A stretch of 64,000 nucleotides of DNA from an uncultured Gammaproteobacteria bacterium (lineage in GTDB: Bacteria > Patescibacteriota > Microgenomatia > JALYQM01), in the NCBI GenBank assembly GCA_964403585.1, contig CAYOFQ010000001.1:896680-960679 (forward strand), read 5' to 3'. This document shows positions 28,846 to 38,127 of this stretch, piece after piece. Both the position numbers and the translations under genes were made by a program. The stretch's first letter is position 1; the number at the start of each line of letters is the position of its first letter. The notes under the pieces were generated by a model that had not been told where the DNA came from, made no database searches, and worked only from the letters and a program-made list of their open reading frames with translations.

Positions 28846-29343
28846 TTACTGCAGTAATCCGAACACCACACCCATTAGCGTAAACGCAACTGTATGAAAA
28901 CCGGCATCAATGAGAAAAAGTTTCATTGACCGTTTTGCGAACATATAGTTCATGGCAATCGAACCACCTACCCAAACTAAACCAACCGAAAGAGAAGCCA
29001 GAACATCGCCAACAAGCGGCAAGGCATCTCCTAAAAACATTCCCAGCACGTAGGATGAGACCAAAGAAATAACAAACATGGCCATAAGTAATTTAGCCAA
29101 TCCGGTTTTTTCTCCATGCATATCGGCATTAATTTCGTTCATCCAGGCTTTGCTAAACAAAGGTCCATACCATAGCGCACCTAAAATAAAACGAACCACA
29201 GTTGCAAGAAGTACCGCCAGTATGTTGACAGTCATAAAGATCACCTCATAAAAAGCATAATACAGTAATTTTAACATGATAGAGCCAAAATTATGCAATA
29301 CCAGCGCTGCCAAACATCCGCCGGTTACACCAGCGAATAACAC
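28846..29343 (-). CDS. DUF1761-like membrane protein
   Basis: 165 aa, 4 TM; N-terminal pattern LGALWYGPLFSKAWM characteristic of DUF1761. Confidence 0.5.
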   Translation of the reverse strand: MLFAGVTGGCLAALVLHNFGSIMLKLLYYAFYEVIFMTVNILAVLLATVVRFILGALWYGPLFSKAWMNEINADMHGEKTGLAKLLMAMFVISLVSSYVLGMFLGDALPLVGDVLASLSVGLVWVGGSIAMNYMFAKRSMKLFLIDAGFHTVAFTLMGVVFGLLQ

Positions 29344-29788
29344 CGTCCGCCAGGAACTCGAACGGTTAGCTTATCAGTCAACGACGCCGATCGTCGGAAT
29401 CATACTGGAAGGCTACCGCAAGATCGCCTGGCAGCGAAACCTCATTAATCTCGTCGGCTACGTTTTCGCCGGCCTCGTGGTGATCTCGATCGAACTGGAG
29501 GCCCAGCTGCCAAACCCGGCCGAGGCCATCCTCATTCTGGTCACCTTCGCGCTATATATCCTGGCGGCGTGGAAGTCGACTCATAAACGCGTCACCCGAG
29601 GGCTGTTTCGTCGCACACTCAAAGTCGGGACGCTGGTCGCGCTCCCTGTTGTCGTGATGACAAGCGAACTGCTGGGTGTGAACATAACCACGGTCACGCA
29701 GCCGGTTTTGATCGACGCCGTCAGCCGCGGTCTTGCCTGGTGGGCAGTGATGCTCGCGATCACGTTCATCGTGGTCGACCAGGCCTAG
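29276..29788 (+). CDS. hypothetical 4-TM membrane protein within GC-rich patch (start uncertain, possibly fragment)
   Basis: ORF body from ~29343 is ~58-60% GC versus ~42% background. The only ATG (29276) lies in the AT-rich part and overlaps DUF1761 head-to-head; no in-frame start occurs inside the GC-rich portion. Confidence 0.35.
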   Translation: MIEPKLCNTSAAKHPPVTPANNTVRQELERLAYQSTTPIVGIILEGYRKIAWQRNLINLVGYVFAGLVVISIELEAQLPNPAEAILILVTFALYILAAWKSTHKRVTRGLFRRTLKVGTLVALPVVVMTSELLGVNITTVTQPVLIDAVSRGLAWWAVMLAITFIVVDQA

Positions 29789-29973
29789 ACAACATGAGGT
29801 ATAGACAGCAGCAGCTTGTAAAACGGATGGACGACACCAAGTCGGGAAGATTAGCCGCTCTGCGACTAAGCCTTTCTTACTTACCGTCGCTCACCCGCGC
29901 TGTTGCTCTCTATACCTCATCCTCAAAAGATATTCTTGATTTATATAAAACCTGTAGCTACGCTAGAGTAGCT

Positions 29974-31560
29974 ATGCTAAAACTAAAATTGAAGTATATT
30001 CTTCTTCTGGGAGTTCTCTTCTTAATATATCCTCATACCATTTCAGCTGCAGTAACTTGGAACGAAACACAGCCCGCCGGTAACACCAATATCTTTTGGC
30101 ACACACTTTCAATATCTTCAGACGGAACAACACTACTAACCGGCGCCGAAAACGGACGACTGTACCGCTCTACCAACGGCGGAAGTTCCTGGACTGAAAC
30201 ACAGCCTGCAGGAAACACAACCGCATATTGGTATGCCAGCGCAATTTCATCAAACGGACAAAAAATGATTGTCGGCGCATCTTCAGGAAGACTATATCTT
30301 TCATCAGACTACGGCGCCAATTGGACCGAAACCCAACCCGATGGCAACAGCACCCGTAGGTGGTCAACTGCTTCAATGTCATCAGATGGACAAACGATAT
30401 TAGTCACCGAGGATAGCGGATTATCCACCAACGGTCGAGCTTTCATCTCTACAAACGGGGGATCAGCATGGACTGAAACGCAGCCTGCGGGAAATGCAGA
30501 CCGCCGATGGATTGCTGCGGGAATATCTTCCGACGGTACAAAAATGGTTCTCACAACCTGGCAGGGATATGGCAGGATTTTTATATCATCAAACAGCGGC
30601 GGAAGCTGGACTGAAGCTCAACCCGCCGGGAATACGGATAAAAACTGGTATGCCGCAGCCGTTTCCGCCGATGGTCAAAAAATCGTCGTGGGATATTCCA
30701 CCGGAAGAATATATCTATCCACGAACGGAGGAAGCACCTGGGCCGAAACACAACCAGCAGGAGACACCAACATCGCCTGGCAGACAGCAGCGATATCATC
30801 TGATGGCCAAACAATTATCGCGGCAGCCTATTCCGGTAGAATGTACTTGACCACCGATGGAGGAACAAACTGGGCGGAAACACAACCCGCAGGTAATACC
30901 AATAGACCATGGATTTATACCGTCATGTCTGCGGATGCAACCGTACTGGCTGGGAACGTTTTCAATGGAAGAGTATATGTAGCAAGCAACCCACTACCGT
31001 CGCCAACACCGGTGCCAACTCGCTACGAGGCACCTGCACCACCAGTCGAAACGCCAAAATGCACTGTAGCAAAACCATCAACACCTGAACTATTCCAAAT
31101 CAGTACAACCGGAACTACAGCCAAACTGTACTATACCCCGAAATTAGGGCCGGGTAATAAAATAGCTATTGCCTACGGATATAAGCCCGGCGAGAACCGC
31201 TTTGGCATTGAGTTTCCCTCATCAAATACACTGGGGATACAAACCTATTCTATCAACTATCTCACACCTAATACGACATATTATTTTCGTCTTCGAGCCG
31301 GCAATGACTGTATGCCCGGAGAGTGGGGAACAGAATTGAAAGCGACAACAAACAACTCAAAACAGGTTACCAAAACGCAGGTACTAGGAACAATCAACTC
31401 AACAACATGCGGAGATTATTCTGTCCAACCGGGTGATTCTCTGTGGAGCATCGCCCGCAACAATCTCGGCTCCGGATCAAAATATCACTATTTGCTCGAG
31501 CAGAATAAACTCTCCTCAGATAAAATTCGCGTTGGGCAAAAACTGAATCTCGGGTGCTGA
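29974..31560 (+). CDS. secreted BNR/Asp-box repeat beta-propeller protein with C-terminal FN3-like + LysM module
   Basis: Signal peptide MLKLKLKYILLLGVLFLIYPHTISA from ATG 29974 (ORF track over-extends to 29740). Eight repeats of (S/T)xNGGxxWTETQPAGNT (BNR SxDxGxTW). C-terminus has an FN3-like domain (YYFRLRAGNDCMPGEWG) and LysM (CGDYSVQPGDSLWSIARN). Confidence 0.7.
   Translation: MLKLKLKYILLLGVLFLIYPHTISAAVTWNETQPAGNTNIFWHTLSISSDGTTLLTGAENGRLYRSTNGGSSWTETQPAGNTTAYWYASAISSNGQKMIVGASSGRLYLSSDYGANWTETQPDGNSTRRWSTASMSSDGQTILVTEDSGLSTNGRAFISTNGGSAWTETQPAGNADRRWIAAGISSDGTKMVLTTWQGYGRIFISSNSGGSWTEAQPAGNTDKNWYAAAVSADGQKIVVGYSTGRIYLSTNGGSTWAETQPAGDTNIAWQTAAISSDGQTIIAAAYSGRMYLTTDGGTNWAETQPAGNTNRPWIYTVMSADATVLAGNVFNGRVYVASNPLPSPTPVPTRYEAPAPPVETPKCTVAKPSTPELFQISTTGTTAKLYYTPKLGPGNKIAIAYGYKPGENRFGIEFPSSNTLGIQTYSINYLTPNTTYYFRLRAGNDCMPGEWGTELKATTNNSKQVTKTQVLGTINSTTCGDYSVQPGDSLWSIARNNLGSGSKYHYLLEQNKLSSDKIRVGQKLNLGC
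30040..30960 (+). repeat. eight tandem ~138-bp coding repeats (BNR blades)
   Basis: Periodic recurrence of ...aacggngga...tggactgaaacncagcctgcnggnaacac... at DNA level; the minus-strand ORFs 30033-30554 are shadows of this repeat. Confidence 0.6.
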
Positions 31561-31618
31561 GACTCTATTTGCATGAGAATGTATTTTTCTGTTACTGTAA
31601 TACCAGGAGGTATTATTA

Positions 31619-32509
31619 ATGAAAAAATACATGTTCAGCGCGGCTGTTGTGGTAGCAAGTGTCGCATTTCTTGCCACTAGAACCTCAGCCCATTCCGTAA
31701 TCATCGTTACCCCATCAAATACACAAGGCTTTAGCGCAGCCGATACCCGACCGGGCGGAGCAGTGTCTTTTGTAAATGACCCGACATCACCTTTTCCGGA
31801 TGATGCGCTCCAATTAACTACCGACGCAACCACGACATCCAAAGCTCAATACATGCATGCGGCCGATAATATTCCACTCGGAACCGTGTCAACATTATCC
31901 TATCAAACCAAACAGGTTTCCGGGCCAACCTTTGCCGATCCTTCGTACCAGTTAGCCGTAGACTTAAATGGTGCAGCCGACGGTGGCTTCACTACCTTTG
32001 TCTATGAACCATATCAAAATGGAACTGTCACTCCGGGCGTCTGGCAGGAGTGGGATGTTGATGCCGGACAATTCTGGTCCAGCCGAACCTTCTCCGAAGG
32101 TGGTTGTGCTGTTGTTGCCGGGGCCGGAGGAGCACCGTTCTACACATTGGCAGGAGTACAGGCAATGTGTCCGAATGCCGTTGTTGTCGGCTATGGCGTG
32201 AATATCGGTAGCAATAACCCAAGCTACGTAGTACAAACCGATGCCTTCAATTTTAACGGTACTACCTACGATTTTGAAAACGATCCGGTTGCTTCACCAA
32301 GTCCGTCAGTTGAGCCAAGTGCCTCACCAAGTGCTTCACCATCAGTATCGCCATCAGCCAGTCCAACAGTAGCACCATCTATTTCACCAAGCCCAACACC
32401 GGCAGTACTTGGGGATAAGGATGAATGTAAAAACAACGGCTGGAAAAACTTCACTAACCCGGCATTCAAAAATCAGGGTCAGTGCGTAGCCTACTTTAAT
32501 CACCAATAG
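31619..32509 (+). CDS. hypothetical secreted protein with Ser/Pro-rich repeat linker
   Basis: 296 aa; signal peptide MKKYMFSAAVVVASVAFLATRTSA; tandem SPSxS repeats (ASPSPSVEPSASPSASPSVSPSASPTVAPSISPSPTP); small Cys-containing C-terminal domain. Confidence 0.5.
   Translation: MKKYMFSAAVVVASVAFLATRTSAHSVIIVTPSNTQGFSAADTRPGGAVSFVNDPTSPFPDDALQLTTDATTTSKAQYMHAADNIPLGTVSTLSYQTKQVSGPTFADPSYQLAVDLNGAADGGFTTFVYEPYQNGTVTPGVWQEWDVDAGQFWSSRTFSEGGCAVVAGAGGAPFYTLAGVQAMCPNAVVVGYGVNIGSNNPSYVVQTDAFNFNGTTYDFENDPVASPSPSVEPSASPSASPSVSPSASPTVAPSISPSPTPAVLGDKDECKNNGWKNFTNPAFKNQGQCVAYFNHQ
32285..32405 (+). repeat. short tandem coding repeats (SPSxS units)
   Basis: Repeated agtgc(c/t)tcacca / agtccaaca units encoding Ser-Pro-Ser-Ala/Val linker in the 31619-32509 gene. 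Confidence 0.5.
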
Positions 32510-32525
32510 TATACAGACATTAAGC

Positions 32526-32556
32526 GAAAAACCCCCTCTAGACAGGGGGTTTTTCT
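32526..32556 (+). terminator. rho-independent terminator
   Basis: GAAAAACCCCCTCTAGACAGGGGGTTTTTCT: GC stem CCCCC/GGGGG flanked by A-tract and T-tract (potentially bidirectional). Confidence 0.6.
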
Positions 32557-32607
32557 GTAATGACCTGCATCACAGTAATACCAGGGAATTTAGTGTATCC
32601 CAAGCGC

Positions 32608-33072
32608 ATGAAGACACTGGTTCTATATGACTCCGTATACGGTAATACCGAAAAAATCGCCCAGGCAATCGCCGAAGGCATCGCCAAAGATGTCGAAGTA
32701 AAAACGATCAAAGACGTTACTCCAGACGAACTACGCAGATATGAGTTGCTGGTGATTGGCTCACCGGTGCACGGCGGGATGCCTACTCCGGCCATGGATA
32801 AGTACATCAAAGGATTGCCTAAGAAATCCCTGGAAAATGTACTGGTTACAACCTTTGATACCCGATTTGCGGTTGAGGGACAATCATTCGGCATAAAACT
32901 GCTTCTCAATCTCATCCAGTATGCCGCCGAGAAAATGTCTGCCGAGCTGGTAAAAAAAGGCGCCACTCTGCGAGCCAACCCCCAGGGATTTATTGTTCAG
33001 GAAAAAGAAGGTCCGCTCCGGACAGGGGAACTTGAACGTGCTAAAACCTGGGGAGCTACTCTCGTCGGCTAA
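32608..33072 (+). CDS. flavodoxin
   Basis: MKTLVLYDSVYGNTEKIAQAIAEGI FMN-binding N-terminus; the ORF-track ATG at 32560 abuts the terminator, so ATG 32608 is preferred. Confidence 0.7.
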   Translation: MKTLVLYDSVYGNTEKIAQAIAEGIAKDVEVKTIKDVTPDELRRYELLVIGSPVHGGMPTPAMDKYIKGLPKKSLENVLVTTFDTRFAVEGQSFGIKLLLNLIQYAAEKMSAELVKKGATLRANPQGFIVQEKEGPLRTGELERAKTWGATLVG

Positions 33073-33100
33073 GCTACAGCATCTGATATAATTATCCGTA

Positions 33101-33865
33101 ATGAGTGTCAAAAAGTTCAAAATCTTCAATGAAACCCTTTTCATCGTACTTATTCTGGTAGGCCTTAAGATAATTCTCCAAAACCTCGGCTGGGAATTTC
33201 TTTCCACAACACCATTGCACACCGGTCTATTGGCAGGGAGTGTCTTTGTCTTAGGATTCATACTTTCCAGTGCCCATGCAGATTACAAAGAGAGCGAAAA
33301 AATGCCGGTAGAGCTTACTACAGCGCTCGAAAGCATGTATTCCGACGGATATTTGTGCAAACAGGAGCACCCGGAATTTAATCTTGACGGTTTGAGAAAC
33401 TCAATCGTCGATTTATTAGCACATATAATCCAGGACGCCCACCGAAATACCGACAGTTCACTGGTGAAAGCCAAGCAGCTGATAGTCTACATTACCGATA
33501 TGGAAAAATTAGGTCTCCCGGCCAACTATATCGTTAAACTTAAAACCGAACACAACATAATTTTAAAAGTAGTATCCCGGATGCGCTATGTGCAGCGAAT
33601 TCAAACACTTCCTTCCGCGTTTATTCTGGTTGAATCAATTGTCGCCATACTGATTGTAATGATGTTGCTTACCAAAATTGGCAATCTGGTGGATGAAATC
33701 ACCGTAACCGCATTTCTTTCATTCATATACATCTATCTTGTGAAGCTGATAAAAGTCATGGACCGCCCATTCCACCCCGAAGGCTCAACCCAGGATGATG
33801 TCAGTCTGTTTTTACTCGAAGACCTTCAGCAGCGCATGCAAGCCACTCCATCTGAAACTCAGTAA
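33101..33865 (+). CDS. hypothetical polytopic membrane protein
   Basis: 254 aa; 2 N-terminal and 2 C-terminal TM helices with a central soluble region. Confidence 0.4.
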   Translation: MSVKKFKIFNETLFIVLILVGLKIILQNLGWEFLSTTPLHTGLLAGSVFVLGFILSSAHADYKESEKMPVELTTALESMYSDGYLCKQEHPEFNLDGLRNSIVDLLAHIIQDAHRNTDSSLVKAKQLIVYITDMEKLGLPANYIVKLKTEHNIILKVVSRMRYVQRIQTLPSAFILVESIVAILIVMMLLTKIGNLVDEITVTAFLSFIYIYLVKLIKVMDRPFHPEGSTQDDVSLFLLEDLQQRMQATPSETQ

Positions 33866-33910
33866 AATTTCTGTCTTGTCTGTAATTTTTTCTCTGTTTA
33901 CAATTAATTC

Positions 33911-34369
33911 ATGCACAACAGAAAAAATCTCGTACTCTACCTTGTACCAATATCTATTGCCCTGGCAATCACTGTTATAGTAGCGTGTGTTGCTTTTAAA
34001 CAAAATCAACCGGTCGTGTACCAGCCTATTGATCCGGTCCCGGCCGCCACTGAAACTCCCGTACAGGAACCACAACACACCCACCTCGAAGGCACAATCA
34101 TTTGCTTGGAACATAAAGAGCACTACGCACCGACTACCGATGAATGCGTAATTGGCGTACAAACTCCCGACAGCAAAGAATACGCTCTCGATACAAATTT
34201 ATTGCAATCAACAACGGTTTCAGTTTTATACAGTCCGGGAAACACCATCAGCGCCAACGGCATCCTCACACCAATTGAGTTTCTCAGCACAGACAAGTGG
34301 CAACAGTACAACATTCAGGGGATATTTTCAGTAACGGATTCAACGGAGCTAGTAAACAATACTCCTTAA
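33911..34369 (+). CDS. hypothetical membrane-anchored protein
   Basis: 152 aa; single N-terminal TM. Confidence 0.4.
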   Translation: MHNRKNLVLYLVPISIALAITVIVACVAFKQNQPVVYQPIDPVPAATETPVQEPQHTHLEGTIICLEHKEHYAPTTDECVIGVQTPDSKEYALDTNLLQSTTVSVLYSPGNTISANGILTPIEFLSTDKWQQYNIQGIFSVTDSTELVNNTP

Positions 34370-34391
34370 AATAAAATTTCGGCACGGTAGG

Positions 34392-35936
34392 TTAATTACT
34401 TAAAATTTGTTCTAACCAGATATTCGAAAAGAGCATTTCCGGATCCTGTTCTTTCTTCAATTTAATAAAATCATCCCACCCCGGATACATATTCCTAACC
34501 ACTTCGTGATCCAAATAAGAACCGTAACATAAATAATAGGAACTATCTAATTGGAGGAGTGTTTTCCCAAGTTCTTTAGTAAAAGAGGCTAGATTATGCT
34601 GAGATTCATCAGCCGTGCTCAGGGAATAATAGGCAACGATACCATATCGATCTACAGGTACATAGGACAGTGTCGAAAGGGTCTCAGCCGGAACTTTACG
34701 AACAGTAACATTTATCAAATTTAGTTTATAGTTCTTAACCAGTGATTTATATGCATCAAGAAATGCGTAAAATTTATCCGGCGGAACAAAATATTCCTGC
34801 AACACATCTGTATGCTGCGGGTCGCTATGTTCAAGAAACGAAACTGAGGCAGCCATCGCTTCATTTCGCTGAATTTGTTTTTTTTCAATGAGTGGAGTAA
34901 TCTCAGACTCCATCATCCACCTGAATTTTTTACCAAAATCATGCAACTTAGAAAATTCAATAACACTTTTTCGAACCCACTTTGAAGAATTCCCTGAAAG
35001 ATCAGGATCAGAAACAATCGGCGACATCGACCTTTCCCGATACTCATACACTAAAGATTTTTCAAACATCATTTCAGAATCTATATTCAAATGTGCTTCA
35101 TACATTCCAATCGCAGGATCATTGCTCCGCTTTTCCAGCTCATTCAATAACTCCAAGGTCGGGTATTCCTGGAGCTTAAAAGAATAAGTTGAGTTAGGTA
35201 CGGTGATCAAATTAATCTCGGAAATATAGCCAAACACCCCGTATCCACCAACAACAGCATTGAACAAATCTGATTTTTGAGTTCGCGAAAGCTGCACCTC
35301 TTCACCGGTAGCGGTAATAATTTTAAGATAATTAATGGTCTCAACAAGCGGACCAAAGTGCGGGTCTTTACCGTGTGCATTTACACTAACCGAACCTCCA
35401 ACAGTGAAAATATTAGAGTCCTGCATGACAGCGACAGCACGATTATGTTTATTCAATACTGTTTGAACTTGTTTCCAGGTCGCACCAGGCTGGACAGTAA
35501 CTGAACTGTCACTATCATTGTATTCCACTGCATCCATTTTAAGCGTAGAAATATGCAGTGAGTCACGTAATAGAATCTGTCCTCCCATACTATGCCGAAC
35601 TCCGGAAAATGAAACTTTTTTTCCAAGCTTTCTGGCATAATCGATAATCTGAATAACTTCTGTAGAAGAAACCGGTTGATACAGCCCGCTTACTTCACTA
35701 CTGTTAAGCCAACTAGCATCAGTCAACGTTGTCGATCCAAGCGCAGGGTAGGGAAGTACTTTAGGCAAAACCGGCGCAATGGTTAATTTATGGTTATCAG
35801 GATAACTCTGAAACAGGTCAGTCAAAATCCAGCGCCTAGTTTTATCCAACCACAGTGTTGATATGGTTATTAGAGCTACACAAGCGAGAAAAGCGAATAA
35901 ATAGCTCCAATTAATAATTCTTCGTCGTTTTAGCAT
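34392..35936 (-). CDS. FAD-linked oxidase (FAD_binding_4 / PCMH-type) membrane-anchored
   Basis: 514 aa; N-terminal TM; FAD-binding segment VSFSGVRHSMGGQ and VGGYGVFGYI typical of vanillyl-alcohol-oxidase/DprE1/ALO-like flavoenzymes. Confidence 0.65.
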   Translation of the reverse strand: MLKRRRIINWSYLFAFLACVALITISTLWLDKTRRWILTDLFQSYPDNHKLTIAPVLPKVLPYPALGSTTLTDASWLNSSEVSGLYQPVSSTEVIQIIDYARKLGKKVSFSGVRHSMGGQILLRDSLHISTLKMDAVEYNDSDSSVTVQPGATWKQVQTVLNKHNRAVAVMQDSNIFTVGGSVSVNAHGKDPHFGPLVETINYLKIITATGEEVQLSRTQKSDLFNAVVGGYGVFGYISEINLITVPNSTYSFKLQEYPTLELLNELEKRSNDPAIGMYEAHLNIDSEMMFEKSLVYEYRERSMSPIVSDPDLSGNSSKWVRKSVIEFSKLHDFGKKFRWMMESEITPLIEKKQIQRNEAMAASVSFLEHSDPQHTDVLQEYFVPPDKFYAFLDAYKSLVKNYKLNLINVTVRKVPAETLSTLSYVPVDRYGIVAYYSLSTADESQHNLASFTKELGKTLLQLDSSYYLCYGSYLDHEVVRNMYPGWDDFIKLKKEQDPEMLFSNIWLEQILSN

Positions 35937-36027
35937 AAGTGTTTAACTAATAATAATATATATGAATTACACAGCTGCACACTACACGCGAACCAGTAAC
36001 TAAAAGTTTATGATATACTGAGCCGAT

Positions 36028-36642
36028 ATGAAAAAACTAGTTATCGCCAGCCAAAACGCAGCCAAAATAAAAGAGTTCGCCGAATTCTTATCGGATCTTC
36101 CTCTTGAAATTGTTTCTCTCACGGATCTTGCTATTACTGATGACGTCGAAGAAGACGGTGAGACATACGAAGCTAACTCTCAAAAAAAAGCTTTGTTTTA
36201 CGCTCATAAGAGTGGACTCCCCGCCATATCCGATGATGGCGGTCTGGAGATTGCGGCACTTAACGGGGAACCGGGCGTAAAAACAAAACGGTGGTTGGGG
36301 TATGAAGCAACTCAAGAAGAATTAATGAATAATATGCGAAAAGTAGCACTCGCGCTTCCCGAAAATAATCGCCAGGCGCAATTCAGAACCGTTGTTACCG
36401 TTGCACTGCCTGATGGCAGATTCTGGAGTGTGGAAGGTAAGTCAGTCGGTATAATTGCCAGAGAACCCTACAAGAATGCACTGAACGGGTATCCCTACCG
36501 TGCATTTTTCTTCCTTCCCGATATAAATAAATACCACCACAAAGATGAATTAACTGCTGAAGAACAAAAGAAATATAATCACCGTCTTATTGCAATAGAA
36601 AAACTCAAGGGAGTAATAGCTAAGGAAATTATCCCCGAATAG
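36028..36642 (+). CDS. rdgB: non-canonical purine NTP pyrophosphatase (Ham1/RdgB ITPase)
   Basis: 204 aa; MKKLVIASQNAAKIKEF...ETYEANSQKKA...ISDDGGLEIAALNGEPGVKTKRW matches Ham1 family motifs. Confidence 0.8.
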   Translation: MKKLVIASQNAAKIKEFAEFLSDLPLEIVSLTDLAITDDVEEDGETYEANSQKKALFYAHKSGLPAISDDGGLEIAALNGEPGVKTKRWLGYEATQEELMNNMRKVALALPENNRQAQFRTVVTVALPDGRFWSVEGKSVGIIAREPYKNALNGYPYRAFFFLPDINKYHHKDELTAEEQKKYNHRLIAIEKLKGVIAKEIIPE

Positions 36643-37432
36643 CACAGACACGAACTTCTCTCGTATTGTTATCGCCGTCAAAAACTATATGAGTATAACC
36701 CCGTGCTTCGAGCTGTGCCCGCATTTGCTCAACAGTGAATGTTGCCTTAGGCGCAGAGACAGCCGAAGGATTGACGGTTTGATCATTAAGGAAATCAAAA
36801 AGTACTACACCACCTGGTCGGACTATTCTCGACATTTCATCAAGGAACGTTCCACTTAGTTCGGAGCCAACATGAGAGACGACAATCCCTCTACTTATAG
36901 CATAATCAACTGAACTGTCAGGTAAAGGAATACTTGTCGCTGATGCAGGTAGGGTAACGGCATCGGGATATTTTCCTGCTGCAATAGCAAGCATTTCAGG
37001 GGCTATGTCGAGCAAATATAACCGACTTACCTTCCCGGCAAGTGGTCGTGTTGCTTCTGCAGTACCGCAACCAATATCAATACCCGTTCCTGCCTGGGCT
37101 AAGGAGCCAAAAACATCGCCGGCGAATTTATTAAATCTCGCGTAAGTCGCAGCCGTGTAGTGATCAGAGCGTTTAATTTGCTGATCCCATGTGGCAGCTC
37201 TTGAGCCCCACCGAGCGGCTAATGAAGCCAATGATTCAGTAGTAGAAATTCCTTCAACAATAGGCCGGATACTTGGTGCCTGATCAGCCTGCGCACTGCC
37301 TGTCTCGGAAGTAGTAATGTTTTCTTTTGTCGCCATAGATGTCGGGGATAGTATCATTGTAATTTCTAAAAAGCAATGGCTTAATATCCTTGATTTTTCT
37401 AAACAGTTTGATATACTCGCCCAATTGTACAA
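36629..37432 (-). CDS. class I SAM-dependent methyltransferase (start uncertain)
   Basis: Motif I GIDIGCGTAEATRP, post-I acidic LLDIA, motif RPGGVVLFD. Alternative starts MILSP (37357) and MATKEN (37336); none has a clear RBS. Confidence 0.6.
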   Translation of the reverse strand: MYNWASISNCLEKSRILSHCFLEITMILSPTSMATKENITTSETGSAQADQAPSIRPIVEGISTTESLASLAARWGSRAATWDQQIKRSDHYTAATYARFNKFAGDVFGSLAQAGTGIDIGCGTAEATRPLAGKVSRLYLLDIAPEMLAIAAGKYPDAVTLPASATSIPLPDSSVDYAISRGIVVSHVGSELSGTFLDEMSRIVRPGGVVLFDFLNDQTVNPSAVSAPKATFTVEQMRAQLEARGYTHIVFDGDNNTREVRVCAIRG

Positions 37433-37467
37433 TCAATAGCTGGAGTATCAGCGGAATTCGAACTAGC

Positions 37468-38121
37468 ATGAAAATCGACCGAAATATTATAGCAGTGCTC
37501 GGGATTAATGGCGTAGGCAAGACGACCATCATTAACAATGCACTTGCATATGCTCCGGAAGGAAGTGTCGCCTTTAATGCTGCTGATTTAATGCTTGCTT
37601 ACCTAGGGCTGGAAAGCAGAAGTCAGCTTGAACAAGTCCCCTCAGCTATTAAAGAGGAAGCTCGCCGGGACTCCATTCTGCATATGGCAAGACAATATGC
37701 GGATCGTCCACTGGTTTTCCTCGACACCCATATGCAAATTGGAATAGGCAAGGGTACGGAACGTACAAAACATGTGACATGGGCACCGGAATTTAACCTC
37801 ATTATTGCGAAAGGAATTTTTATCCACGGCTGCACTGACGACATCCAAATGAGAAGGTCTCAGCGACCAGGGGGTGGCCGGAGCCTGGATCCAATGACAA
37901 TTCAGGCTGATCAGGCTGAAGAACTGCAATTATTCGAGGCTATGGTTTCAGGCGAAGTACCAACTTCCCGTATTTTTAATCCTCAGGATCAACTTGATAC
38001 TACCGTTGCCTTATTTTTAGCCGAACTGGGCATTAGCAGATTCCGCAGGGTAGAAAGTCAGCAAATTCTCCCGGTATCTCTTGAATCACAACATACTCCA
38101 AGATACGGAAAGGAATTCTAA
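37468..38121 (+). CDS. archaeal-type adenylate-kinase-like P-loop NMP kinase
   Basis: From ATG 37468 (ORF track over-extends to 37390). IAVLGINGVGKTT Walker A, LDTHMQIGIGKGT and IHGCTDDIQMRRSQRPGGGRSLD segments align with archaeal AdkA (VDTHSTV...; [22 protein letters not shown]). Confidence 0.5.
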   Translation: MKIDRNIIAVLGINGVGKTTIINNALAYAPEGSVAFNAADLMLAYLGLESRSQLEQVPSAIKEEARRDSILHMARQYADRPLVFLDTHMQIGIGKGTERTKHVTWAPEFNLIIAKGIFIHGCTDDIQMRRSQRPGGGRSLDPMTIQADQAEELQLFEAMVSGEVPTSRIFNPQDQLDTTVALFLAELGISRFRRVESQQILPVSLESQHTPRYGKEF

Positions 38122-38127
38122 ATTCAT

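Noticed and set aside
29740-29973. N-terminal 78-aa extension of the BNR protein in the ORF track
   Set aside because: No start-codon context; a clear signal peptide begins at ATG 29974; the extension falls in the tail of the GC-rich patch.
30033-30554. Three minus-strand ORFs (61-81 aa) inside the BNR-repeat gene
   Set aside because: Antisense shadows of the tandem 138-bp repeat (similar peptides recur); no RBS or independent support.
32560-32607. Upstream ATG for flavodoxin
   Set aside because: Lies immediately after the terminator hairpin with no RBS; canonical flavodoxin N-terminus begins at MKTLVLYDS (32608).
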